Below, piece after piece: positions 9,142 through 17,749 of a DNA stretch of 64,000 nucleotides (its first letter is position 1; each line of letters starts with the position of its first letter). A model generated the notes under the pieces. The model worked only from the letters and a program-made list of their open reading frames with translations. It was not told where the DNA came from and made no database searches. The stretch is from positions 1-64,000 of the forward strand of contig CAZWSR010000004.1 of NCBI GenBank assembly GCA_964636545.1, read 5' to 3'. Made by a program: the position numbers and the translations under genes. The stretch comes from Candidatus Undinarchaeota archaeon. GTDB taxonomy: Archaea; Undinarchaeota; Undinarchaeia; Undinarchaeales; UBA543.

Positions 9142-9726
9142 ATGAGCAATACAAAATACTCATATCAAGGTGAGAAAGAAGGAACAGCTAGTGTGTTTGC
9201 TCGCGGTGTTAGGATTTCATTTAAAGAATCATATGAAATTGCAAATGAATTACGTGGAAAAACAGTTGCTAAAGCACAAAAATTCCTTTCAGATGTACTT
9301 GAATTAAAAGCTGCAGTTCCATATAGGCGTTATAATCATGGCGTTCCTCATCGTACAGGAATCGGTCCAGGAAGATTTCCAAAAAACGCATCTGAGCGCT
9401 TCCTAAAAGCAGTAAATGAAGTTGAGGCAAATGCTGAAGCTAAAGGATTGAACACAAGTAATTTACGGTTAATTCACGTTTCTGCTCATAAAGCAAGACC
9501 ACTCAGGGGTAATTTCAAAGGATCTCCTCAAATGCATCCAATGGTTCATATTGAACTTGTTGCAAAAGAGGAAGCAGTTGAAGTTAAATCAGATAAAAAA
9601 GAGGGAAAAACTCCAGAAAAGGAACCAAAAACAGAGAAGAAAGAAGTTTCTAAAACTGAAGAAAAAAAACCAGAAGAAAAGAAAGAACAGAAACCCAAAA
9701 CCCCAACTAAGGAGGATAAATCATAA
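9142..9726 (+). CDS. rpl22: 50S ribosomal protein uL22 with K/E-rich tail
   Basis: ISFK.S.EI, VPYRRYN, GRFPK; synteny. Confidence 0.97.
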   Translation: MSNTKYSYQGEKEGTASVFARGVRISFKESYEIANELRGKTVAKAQKFLSDVLELKAAVPYRRYNHGVPHRTGIGPGRFPKNASERFLKAVNEVEANAEAKGLNTSNLRLIHVSAHKARPLRGNFKGSPQMHPMVHIELVAKEEAVEVKSDKKEGKTPEKEPKTEKKEVSKTEEKKPEEKKEQKPKTPTKEDKS

Positions 9727-10502
9727 TGGCAATTGAAAGAAAATTCATTCACGAGCAAATAAAGAAGCTCAGGATAGATCGGTATATCCACAAAGAACTA
9801 GAAAGGGTTGGTTGTGGAGATGTTGAAGTTAAAAGAACTCCATTAGGAAACCGTGTAATAATCCACAGTACTAAACCGGGTCTTGTGATTGGAAGAAAGG
9901 GCAAAAATATTGAAATGCTTACAAATGTGCTAAAAAAACGATTCAAAATGGATAATCCTCAAATTGAGGTTCAAGAAATTACTAAATCTGAATTTGACCC
10001 TGATATAATGGCAAAACAACTTGCAGGGTCACTTGAACGTGGTTTCCACTTCCGAAGATCGTCTTACAGTTTGCTAAGGCAGATCATGAAAGCTGGCGCA
10101 CTTGGTTGCGAGATTGGAATCTGCGGAAAAGTAAGTGGTGGACGATCACGAACTGAAAAATTCAAAGAAGGTTACATTAAACACTGCGGAGACACTGCAG
10201 ACAAATATGTTAAAGAATCTGTAACTCAGGCAACACTTAAAGCAGGTGTTCTTGGCATTAGGGTCAAGATTACACCACCAATGGAAGGGTTGTTTAATGA
10301 GCTTCGGTTAACTGAGCCAAAACCAAAAGCAGAAGACAAAAAACCAGAAAAAATCGATGAAAAAGCTGATAAAGAGAGAGAAATGCAAGAAAAGGCTGGT
10401 AAAGGAAATAAGAAACCAGAAAAAAAAGAAGACTCCAAAAAAGAAGCTTCTGAATCTAAAGATCACAAATCCAAACCTGAAAAGAAGGAGGATAAGAAAT
10501 AA
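9726..10502 (+). CDS. rps3: 30S ribosomal protein uS3 with K/E-rich tail
   Basis: KH domain PGLVIGRKG; GVLGIRVKI. Confidence 0.98.
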   Translation: MAIERKFIHEQIKKLRIDRYIHKELERVGCGDVEVKRTPLGNRVIIHSTKPGLVIGRKGKNIEMLTNVLKKRFKMDNPQIEVQEITKSEFDPDIMAKQLAGSLERGFHFRRSSYSLLRQIMKAGALGCEIGICGKVSGGRSRTEKFKEGYIKHCGDTADKYVKESVTQATLKAGVLGIRVKITPPMEGLFNELRLTEPKPKAEDKKPEKIDEKADKEREMQEKAGKGNKKPEKKEDSKKEASESKDHKSKPEKKEDKK

Positions 10503-10714
10503 TGGCCGTGATACGAACCAATGATCTAAGGACTCTTAGTGAAAAAGAACTTGATAAGAAATTGGTTGAAATGAGAAAAGAAATCACAAGCCAACGTGCC
10601 AAAATCGCAGCCGGCGGTACACCTGACAATCCTGGTAAACTCGCTGAAATGAAAAAGCTAGTTGCTAGAATAAAAACAATTGCAAAGGAGAAAAAATACA
10701 AAATAGATGAGTGA
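10502..10714 (+). CDS. rpl29: 50S ribosomal protein uL29
   Basis: NPGKL...KK.VARIKT. Confidence 0.96.
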   Translation: MAVIRTNDLRTLSEKELDKKLVEMRKEITSQRAKIAAGGTPDNPGKLAEMKKLVARIKTIAKEKKYKIDE

Positions 10715-11009
10715 AATTTGCAACATATGTGGATTACCCAAAGAAATTTGCGGATGCAAAGAACGAGCATTAGAAACACAAGGCGGAATCAACGTCTTTA
10801 CAGATAAGAAGCGTTACGGAAAAATCGTAACTTTCATATCTGGAATAGATCCTGATTCAGTTGGAGGCGGCCTAAAGGGATTCCTGAAGCAGCTGAAAAC
10901 CAGTTGTGCTTGCGGCGGTGCCATCAAACCAGAAGGCCTCATGCTGCAAGGCGACCACAAAAAACGAATCGAAGAAAAGCTCCGTACAATGGGTTTCACC
11001 ATAGGATAG
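10707..11009 (+). CDS. Translation initiation factor aIF1 (SUI1)
   Basis: C.ICGLPKE.C.C, RYGK.VT, ACGG, LQGDH. Confidence 0.95.
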   Translation: MSEICNICGLPKEICGCKERALETQGGINVFTDKKRYGKIVTFISGIDPDSVGGGLKGFLKQLKTSCACGGAIKPEGLMLQGDHKKRIEEKLRTMGFTIG

Positions 11010-11017
11010 GACAGATA

Positions 11018-11296
11018 ATGGTAATAACACCTGAAACTCTGCCCAAACACGAGCTAATAGGCCTGACACTCGAGGTTGTGCAAAGCACAGACCCTGGCCA
11101 AATTGGTATCAAAGGGCAAATCATTGGCGAAACAAAGAACACATTGGAAATTCAAACATCTGAAAACGTAAAAATGGTGCAGAAAAAAGGCACAGTTTTC
11201 AGAATCATGCTCAATGGCAAAAAAGTGGATATCGATGGCGATATCTTACTCAAAAGTCCTGAGGAACGAACAAAAACACTGGTAAAAAAATGGTAA
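11018..11296 (+). CDS. rnp1: RNase P protein component 1 (Rpp29)
   Basis: HELIGL..EVV.S, GI.G.II.ETKNT, PEER; start corrected to ATG 11018. Confidence 0.94.
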   Translation: MVITPETLPKHELIGLTLEVVQSTDPGQIGIKGQIIGETKNTLEIQTSENVKMVQKKGTVFRIMLNGKKVDIDGDILLKSPEERTKTLVKKW

Positions 11297-11595
11297 GTAA
11301 ACAAGAATGCACAGACAAGAACTGCCCCTTGCACGGTAAAATAAGCAAGAGAGGATTTAAGCTAGAGGGAACTCTAGTTTCAGATCGCATGAAAAACAGT
11401 GCAGTTGTTGAAGTGTTAAGAGTTAGAAAAATACAGAAATATAAAAGGTATGAGAAAAGACGAACCAAAATACACGCACATAACTCTGCTTGTATTGGTG
11501 CTAAAACAGGAGATTCCGTTATTGTACAGGAATGTGCACCAATAAGCAAAACCAAATCATTTGTCATAATTAAAAAAACAGGAGCAACTGAATAA
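11290..11595 (+). CDS. rps17: 30S ribosomal protein uS17
   Basis: C.D.NCP.HG, KYKRYEKR, EC.PISKTK.F. Confidence 0.97.
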   Translation: MVSKQECTDKNCPLHGKISKRGFKLEGTLVSDRMKNSAVVEVLRVRKIQKYKRYEKRRTKIHAHNSACIGAKTGDSVIVQECAPISKTKSFVIIKKTGATE

Positions 11596-12023
11596 TGGGA
11601 AAAGTAAGGAAGAAACTAAAAGTTCACGTAAAAGTGAAAGGGAATCTGTCAAGGCCCCTTACAGCGAAGTCCAGATTGACTTGTGCTGACAACACTGGTG
11701 CAAAAATCCTTGAAATAATCACAGTTAAAGTTCACAAACGCAGAAAAAGACAGATGGCAAAAGCAGGCATAGGCGACATGGTAATGTGCTCTGTAAAAGA
11801 AGGTTCACCAGATATCAAAAAGCAGGTTGTTCCTGCAGTCATAATCAGGCAAAGAAAGGAAATATTCCGTGCAGATGGTACTCGAATGAAATTTGATGAC
11901 AATGCTGCAGTTATTGTAACGCCTGAAGGTGAATCAAAAGGTAGTGAAATTAGAGGTCCTGTAGCTAGAGAAGCTGTCCAGAAATGGTCTGGAATAGCTA
12001 GTGCAGCGAAATTGGTGGTATAA
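11595..12023 (+). CDS. rpl14: 50S ribosomal protein uL14
   Basis: CADNTGAK, FDDNAAV, GPVAREA. Confidence 0.98.
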   Translation: MGKVRKKLKVHVKVKGNLSRPLTAKSRLTCADNTGAKILEIITVKVHKRRKRQMAKAGIGDMVMCSVKEGSPDIKKQVVPAVIIRQRKEIFRADGTRMKFDDNAAVIVTPEGESKGSEIRGPVAREAVQKWSGIASAAKLVV

Positions 12024-12025
12024 AA

Positions 12026-12535
12026 ATGAAAACAAACTGGTCAAACACTTGGAAAAAATCTGTTCAACCAAGAAGACAGAGGAAATACCTAATCAAAGCA
12101 CCATTGCACGTAAGGCATAAATTACTTTCAGTTCATGTTGACAAAACTCTCAGAGAAAAAATAAAGAAACGCGCAATTCCTGTTCGAAAAGGTGATGAAG
12201 TCAAGGTTATGCGCGGAAAAAGAAAAGGGATGAAAGCAAAAGTTGTATCAATAAATACAAAAAAGAAATTTGTTTTCCTAGAAGGTCAGACACGTGAAAA
12301 TATTCGAGGCACAAAAGTGCTTATCCCATTCAGTCCATCAAACCTGCTTTTGATTACTATGAAAGATGACAAAAGAAGAAACAGGCAGGGAAAAAAGGTT
12401 GTGAAAACAAAACCAGTGCCAAAAACTGAAAAGAAAGTTGAGAAAAAACCAGAAAAAAAAGAAGAAAAAGTTAAGAAGAAGGAAGAGAAAAAGAAAGAAG
12501 CCCCAAAAACCCCAACTAAAGAGGTAAAAAAATGA
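12026..12535 (+). CDS. rpl24: 50S ribosomal protein uL24 with K/E-rich tail
   Basis: S.QPR.QRK...APLH, VRKGD.VKVMRG. Confidence 0.97.
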   Translation: MKTNWSNTWKKSVQPRRQRKYLIKAPLHVRHKLLSVHVDKTLREKIKKRAIPVRKGDEVKVMRGKRKGMKAKVVSINTKKKFVFLEGQTRENIRGTKVLIPFSPSNLLLITMKDDKRRNRQGKKVVKTKPVPKTEKKVEKKPEKKEEKVKKKEEKKKEAPKTPTKEVKK

Positions 12536-13203
12536 GCCACTTAAAAAGATTAGCAGCACCAAAAACATGGAATATCTCTAGAAAAGATAACACTTTCATA
12601 GTTACACCTAACCCAGGACCTCACAAAAAAGAACACTCAATACCATTAGTTGTTCTAATTCGTGATATGATTGGAATAGTAGACAATGCAAAAGAATGCA
12701 AAAATATCCTCCATACTGGACAGGTCTTAATTAATGGAAGAAAAAGACGAGAAAATAACTATCCAGTTGGTTTAATGGATATTATTGAATTACCGCTTAC
12801 AAAGAAATCATACAAGCTTATGATCAGCACCAAAGGAAAACTATTTGCGAAAGAACTTGAAAAATCTGAAGACAGAATGTGCAGAATTGAAGGAAAAACA
12901 ATTCTTGCAAACAAGAAAGTACAGCTTAACTTGTTTGGTGGCGAAAACATAATCATTGATAAAGATGAATACAAAGTTGGAGATACAATAAAACTCGATG
13001 TCAAAGATAGAAAAGTAAAAGGGAGTGTTGTGCTCAGCAAAGGTGTACCTGCATTAATTATTGGTGGAAGCCACGTTGGCGAAATCGCAGTAATTAAAGG
13101 TATTGACAAGAGTATTGCACCAACTGAAATCATATTGGAGGATGAGAGCCAAAAAGAGATACGCACACGCTTGTACAATGTGTATCCAATTGAACAAAAA
13201 TGA
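12532..13203 (+). CDS. rps4e: 30S ribosomal protein eS4
   Basis: HLKRLAAP..W, PGPH, PVGLMD. Confidence 0.97.
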   Translation: MSHLKRLAAPKTWNISRKDNTFIVTPNPGPHKKEHSIPLVVLIRDMIGIVDNAKECKNILHTGQVLINGRKRRENNYPVGLMDIIELPLTKKSYKLMISTKGKLFAKELEKSEDRMCRIEGKTILANKKVQLNLFGGENIIIDKDEYKVGDTIKLDVKDRKVKGSVVLSKGVPALIIGGSHVGEIAVIKGIDKSIAPTEIILEDESQKEIRTRLYNVYPIEQK

Positions 13204-13697
13204 AAGAAGTAAAAATCGCAAAAGTTACAGCAAATATTGGAGTTGGTGAATCTGGTGACAAGCTTCAAAGAGCAGAGAAGCTTCTAGAGGAACTTACAGG
13301 TCAGAAACCGGCAAGAGGGGTTGCAATGGCAACACATCCTGAATTCGGTGTTAAACGGTACTCTCCAATTGGTACAAAAGTTACACTCAGAAAGAAAATC
13401 GCAGTTGATTTTCTAAAAAAAGCACTTGAAGCTGTTGAAAACAAGGTGCAAAGAAAACAATATGATATGCACGGAAATCTCTCATTCGGAATACACGAAT
13501 ATATTGAAATGCCTGGTGCAAAATATGATCCAGATATTGGTATGTTTGGATTAGATGTTTCAGTTAATCTTGAAAGACCAGGATACAGAATCTCTCGCAG
13601 AAAAAAACATCCTGCCAAAATCCCAGCACGATCACGCATAACAAAAGAAGAATCAGTAGAATTCTTCAAGAAAAACTTTGGAGTTGAAACAGAATAA
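13200..13697 (+). CDS. rpl5: 50S ribosomal protein uL5
   Basis: NIGVGESG, PIG.KVTLR, YDP.IG.FGLD. Confidence 0.98.
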   Translation: MKEVKIAKVTANIGVGESGDKLQRAEKLLEELTGQKPARGVAMATHPEFGVKRYSPIGTKVTLRKKIAVDFLKKALEAVENKVQRKQYDMHGNLSFGIHEYIEMPGAKYDPDIGMFGLDVSVNLERPGYRISRRKKHPAKIPARSRITKEESVEFFKKNFGVETE

Positions 13698-13843
13698 TGA
13701 CAAACAGAAAACACGGAAAAGCAACAAAAAAATGCAGGCTCTGCAACAGCCACGATCGCGTGATACGAAAATACAATCTGTATGTTTGCGGAAGATGTTT
13801 CCGTGAAGTAGCACCAAAAATGGGCTTTAAAAAATATTCCTAG
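13697..13843 (+). CDS. rps14: 30S ribosomal protein uS14 (zinc-binding), not in the ORF track
   Basis: My translation: MTNRKHGKATKKCRLCNSHDRVIRKYNLYVCGRCFREVAPKMGFKKYS. Confidence 0.97.
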   Translation: MTNRKHGKATKKCRLCNSHDRVIRKYNLYVCGRCFREVAPKMGFKKYS

Positions 13844-13854
13844 GAGATAAAAAA

Positions 13855-14244
13855 ATGTTACACGATCCACTTGCAAACGCACTCAACAACCTGAAGCTGT
13901 ATGAAAAAACAGGAAAGAACGACTGTGTTATTACTGTAGGGTCTAAATTAATAGAACACACCCTCACAGCAATGAAAGACAGCGGTTACATTGGAAGTTT
14001 TGAAAAGACAATGGAAGGAACAATTAAACAATTCAAAGTAAAACTCATTGGAAAAATCAATAATTGCGGCGTTATAAAGCCACGATACCCAGTAAAAACA
14101 GGCGAAATAGAGGAATATGAAAAACAATACTTGCCTGCAAAAAACTTTGGAATCCTACTCATCAGCACACCACAAGGTATAATGACTCATACAGCTGCAC
14201 GAGAAAATAAAACAGGGGGCATATTGTTAGCTTACGTTTACTAA
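13855..14244 (+). CDS. rps8: 30S ribosomal protein uS8
   Basis: DPLANAL, IN.CGVIKPR, STPQG.MTH. Confidence 0.98.
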   Translation: MLHDPLANALNNLKLYEKTGKNDCVITVGSKLIEHTLTAMKDSGYIGSFEKTMEGTIKQFKVKLIGKINNCGVIKPRYPVKTGEIEEYEKQYLPAKNFGILLISTPQGIMTHTAARENKTGGILLAYVY

Positions 14245-14245
14245 A

Positions 14246-14776
14246 ATGGCAAGTAAAAACATCAGAACAATGGAAGTCCAAGAAGGAGTGGATATCACTT
14301 TAGATGGGTCTATTGTTAAAGCAAAAGGTGCAAAAGGCGAGCTTTCAAAGCTGCTTCATTACCCTGGTGTTACAATCAAAAAAGATGGAAATACAATTAC
14401 AATTGCTTCAAAATACACAGGAAAAAAACCAAATTCAGTTGTTGGAACATTTGAATCACATATCAAAAACCTAATGCAGGGTGTTACAGAGGGCTACGTT
14501 GCAGAACTTAAAGCAGTATTTGCTCACTTCCCAATCACAATAAAACAAAATGAAAATGTGATAGAAATCCAAAATTTCCTTGGTGAAAAAGTGCCAAGAA
14601 AAGGAAAAATCCATGGCGATGCTCAAGTAAAAATACAGAAAGACATTGTCACAATTGAAGGCATAAACAAGGAAGATGTTGGACAAACAGCTGCAAATAT
14701 TGAGCTGGCAACTCGTGTGAAAAACCGAGATATTAGGGTATTCCAAGATGGTGTATATATCACCAAGAAACCATGA
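14246..14776 (+). CDS. rpl6: 50S ribosomal protein uL6
   Basis: HFPI, NFLGEK, VGQTAANIE, RVFQDG.YI. Confidence 0.98.
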   Translation: MASKNIRTMEVQEGVDITLDGSIVKAKGAKGELSKLLHYPGVTIKKDGNTITIASKYTGKKPNSVVGTFESHIKNLMQGVTEGYVAELKAVFAHFPITIKQNENVIEIQNFLGEKVPRKGKIHGDAQVKIQKDIVTIEGINKEDVGQTAANIELATRVKNRDIRVFQDGVYITKKP

Positions 14777-15162
14777 CTGAAAACAAAGAAAATATTATCA
14801 AAGTGAGAAAAGAGCTTTTGTCTAAACTGAAAAAGAAAAACGTCACGTTCAGAAGGCAGAACTTCTGGAGATTTAAACGTTTAAAGAAAACATGGAGAAA
14901 GCCAAGAGGCCGAACTGGAAAAGTAAGGCTTAAAAAAGGTGGAAGAGTTCCATCACCAGGCCCAGGATACGGCAATCCATCTATTATTAAACACTTACAT
15001 CCTAGCGGTTATGAAGAAGTATATGTTTCATGTTCAAAAGATATGGCAGAAATTGATGCAAAAACACAAGCAATTAGATTCAATGGTACACTTGGAAAGA
15101 AAAAGAAAGAAGTGTTGTTAAAAGATGCTGAAAAAGCAGGAATAAAGGTACTAAATCCATGA
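14773..15162 (+). CDS. rpl32e: 50S ribosomal protein eL32
   Basis: F.RQ, WRKPRG, HPSG. Confidence 0.97.
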   Translation: MTENKENIIKVRKELLSKLKKKNVTFRRQNFWRFKRLKKTWRKPRGRTGKVRLKKGGRVPSPGPGYGNPSIIKHLHPSGYEEVYVSCSKDMAEIDAKTQAIRFNGTLGKKKKEVLLKDAEKAGIKVLNP

Positions 15163-15593
15163 AGACACAGAAAAGACTAGCTGCAAAGATCTTGAAAATT
15201 GGAAAAAGCAAGGTCTGGATTGATCCTGAAGCAAAGGAAGAAGTAGCTGGTGCAATGACTCGTGGTGATATTAGGAAATACATTGGTCTTAAAATGATAA
15301 AGGCTAAACCAAAAGTTGGAAATTCAAGAAGTCGAATTCGAAAACGAGCTATTCAGAAAAAGAAAGGAAGACAGCGCGGTCATGGCCGAAGAAGAGGAAG
15401 TGCAAATTCACGGGAAGCAAAAAAAGACAAGTGGATGATGAAAATTCGTGCACAAAGATCAATACTTAAGAAATTAAGAGATGAAGAAAAAATAACTACT
15501 AGCGTTTACAGGAAAACATATCGTCTTGCAAAAGCAGGAACATTCAAGAGCAGGGCGCATATTTTAACCTATCTTAAGGAAAATACAGAATGA
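15159..15593 (+). CDS. rpl19e: 50S ribosomal protein eL19
   Basis: QKRLAA.IL..G...VWIDP. Confidence 0.98.
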   Translation: MKTQKRLAAKILKIGKSKVWIDPEAKEEVAGAMTRGDIRKYIGLKMIKAKPKVGNSRSRIRKRAIQKKKGRQRGHGRRRGSANSREAKKDKWMMKIRAQRSILKKLRDEEKITTSVYRKTYRLAKAGTFKSRAHILTYLKENTE

Positions 15594-16105
15594 AATCAAA
15601 AAGACCAAAATCTTTCAAACGGAGAAAACAAAGTAAAACAAACTACAAGCGAAGGCTAGGTTTACTGAAATCACGCAAACCAAGATTAATTGTTAGAAAA
15701 AGTTTGAATAATATTCGTGTTCAGATTGCTGAATATTTAACAGATGGAGATAAAATAGTTGCAAGTGCAATTTCCAGTGATTTAAAGAAAGAAGGTTGGA
15801 AATATAACTGTGCAAATCTTCCAGCAGCATATTTAACTGGGATGCTTTGTGGTTCCCGCGCAATAAAAGCTGGAATAAAAGAAGCAGTGCTTGATATTGG
15901 TTTAAATGAGCCAATAAATGGTTGCAAGATATATGCAGCACTCAAAGGGGCAATTGACGCAGGATTACAAATTCCACATAGCTCAGACGCATTTCCAAAA
16001 GAAGAGCGTTTAAATGGGGCTCATCTTCAAAATCAAAAAGCAGACGAAGTAGCTAAAGCTATTGAGCAAATCAAAAGCAAATTAGCAGGAAGTAAGAAAG
16101 AATGA
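15590..16105 (+). CDS. rpl18: 50S ribosomal protein uL18
   Basis: KTNY..RL.LL, NLPAAYLTG, LDIGL. Confidence 0.97.
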   Translation: MKSKRPKSFKRRKQSKTNYKRRLGLLKSRKPRLIVRKSLNNIRVQIAEYLTDGDKIVASAISSDLKKEGWKYNCANLPAAYLTGMLCGSRAIKAGIKEAVLDIGLNEPINGCKIYAALKGAIDAGLQIPHSSDAFPKEERLNGAHLQNQKADEVAKAIEQIKSKLAGSKKE

Positions 16106-16896
16106 GACAAAAAAGACCAAGACGACAGAGGCGTGAGGAAGCACCAAAAATATGGAATCCAATTACTGAACTTGGTAAATCTATTAAATCAGAGAAAATT
16201 GATAGTATTGATACAATCTGGGCACGCGGACAAGTTATAAAAGAGCCAGAAATTATTGATTTTTTCCTTCCAGGAATTGAAGAGCGCATACTCAAAATCG
16301 GAAAAGGTAAAAGGCCATTCAGATGGGTTCAGAGAATGACTGATTCTGGTCGAAGAAGCAAATACGTTGTTGCTGCAGCTGTTGGAAACAAAGATGGTTA
16401 TGTTGGTGCAGGCGTTGGTCGTGCAAAAGATTACGGAACAGCAATCAGCAGTGCAATAAGAAAAGCAAAACTCAATATCATTCGTGTTGATCGTGGCTGT
16501 GGTTCTTGGGACTGCGGTTGTAATGAAGAACACTCAATTGCAACAGAAGTAGATGGAAAATGCGGAAGTGTTTTAATTAAATTAAAACCAGCACCACAAG
16601 GAACTGGATTAGCTGTTAGTGATACTTCAAAAGATCTATTAGAACTTGCTGGAATTTCTGATGTTTGGTCAATGTCTCGCGGACACACTGCAACAAGAAC
16701 AAATACAGCTCTTGCAACATTTGATGCTCTTAAAAATCTTTCACAAGTTAAACTCTTAAAGGAAAGAAAAAGGAAAAAGAGAGTTGCTCCAAAGGTTGAG
16801 GCAAAATCAGAAAAATCAACTGGGGCAAAAGAAGAAAAAACTGAGAAAAAGTCAGAAACAAAACCAACAACTCCTGTAAAAGAGGTTAAGAAATGA
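16102..16896 (+). CDS. rps5: 30S ribosomal protein uS5 with K/E-rich tail
   Basis: W.P.T.LG, QRMTDSGRR, RGCGSW.C, PAP.G.GL. Confidence 0.98.
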   Translation: MRQKRPRRQRREEAPKIWNPITELGKSIKSEKIDSIDTIWARGQVIKEPEIIDFFLPGIEERILKIGKGKRPFRWVQRMTDSGRRSKYVVAAAVGNKDGYVGAGVGRAKDYGTAISSAIRKAKLNIIRVDRGCGSWDCGCNEEHSIATEVDGKCGSVLIKLKPAPQGTGLAVSDTSKDLLELAGISDVWSMSRGHTATRTNTALATFDALKNLSQVKLLKERKRKKRVAPKVEAKSEKSTGAKEEKTEKKSETKPTTPVKEVKK

Positions 16897-17249
16897 AATT
16901 AGCAGCAATTAGAATCAGAGGAGAGGTAAGGAAAACCCCTGATCTAGTTGAGACACTAAAAAGTTTGAAGCTTTTACACAAAAATCACTGTGTTATTGTT
17001 GAAGATATTCCACAGACTATGGGAATGTTAAGGCGTGCAAGTGGTTACATTACTTGGGGCCCAATTAAGGAAGACTTGCTTAAAGAACTTGTTGAAAAAC
17101 GAGGAACTGAAAAAGATCAAACACATTTCAAACTCAGTCCACCAAAAGGCGGTTTTGACCGTGCAGGAATTAGAAAATACAGAAAAATGAGGGGAGCTTG
17201 CGGACACAGAGGCGAAGACATTGAAAAGCTTTTGCGGAGGATGATTTAA
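16893..17249 (+). CDS. rpl30: 50S ribosomal protein uL30
   Basis: AAIRIRG, YITWG, L.PP.GG. Confidence 0.95.
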   Translation: MKLAAIRIRGEVRKTPDLVETLKSLKLLHKNHCVIVEDIPQTMGMLRRASGYITWGPIKEDLLKELVEKRGTEKDQTHFKLSPPKGGFDRAGIRKYRKMRGACGHRGEDIEKLLRRMI

Positions 17250-17250
17250 A

Positions 17251-17706
17251 ATGGCATATTCAAAAATTAGACAGCACCGTGGCAGAAAGAACTGTGGAGG
17301 ACACAAGAAAAAGCGCAGGGGTGCAGGAAACCGTGGAGGTCGTGGAAATGCTGGAATGAGCAAGCATAAATGGACTTGGGTTACAAAAAATAATCCAAAA
17401 TACTTTTGCAAGCCTAGTATGAAGCCAAAAATGGACAAGCCACCAGTGCTTAACTTAACTTACATCAGCAAATTAATACTCTCAGAAGATAAAAACGAGT
17501 TTGATCTTAGCAAATATAAGATTCTAGGCAAAGGCAGCATTACCAAAGCAGTTACAGTCAAAGCTCTAAGCTTTTCAAAGCTAGCTGAAGAGAAGATAAA
17601 GAAAGCCGGGGGAAAAACAGAAACTTTATATGCCCCTAAAACAGAACCTGAGGGAGAGGAAAGGGATCAGGCAGCAGGCAACGGGGATCAGGATAACAAA
17701 AGCTGA
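17251..17706 (+). CDS. rpl15: 50S ribosomal protein uL15 with repeat-derived C-terminal extension
   Basis: RGAGNRGGRGNAG, KILGKG, KI..AGG. Confidence 0.97.
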   Translation: MAYSKIRQHRGRKNCGGHKKKRRGAGNRGGRGNAGMSKHKWTWVTKNNPKYFCKPSMKPKMDKPPVLNLTYISKLILSEDKNEFDLSKYKILGKGSITKAVTVKALSFSKLAEEKIKKAGGKTETLYAPKTEPEGEERDQAAGNGDQDNKS

Positions 17707-17731
17707 TACCCGAAACCCGATACCAGATACC
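17663..17731. repeat. Heptad imperfect palindrome, family 2 (GGnnnCA/TGnnnCC)
   Basis: gggatca ggcagca ggcaacg gggatca ... tgatacc cgaaacc cgatacc agatacc. Confidence 0.8.
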
Positions 17732-17749
17732 TGGAATAGGTGTTGCTAA

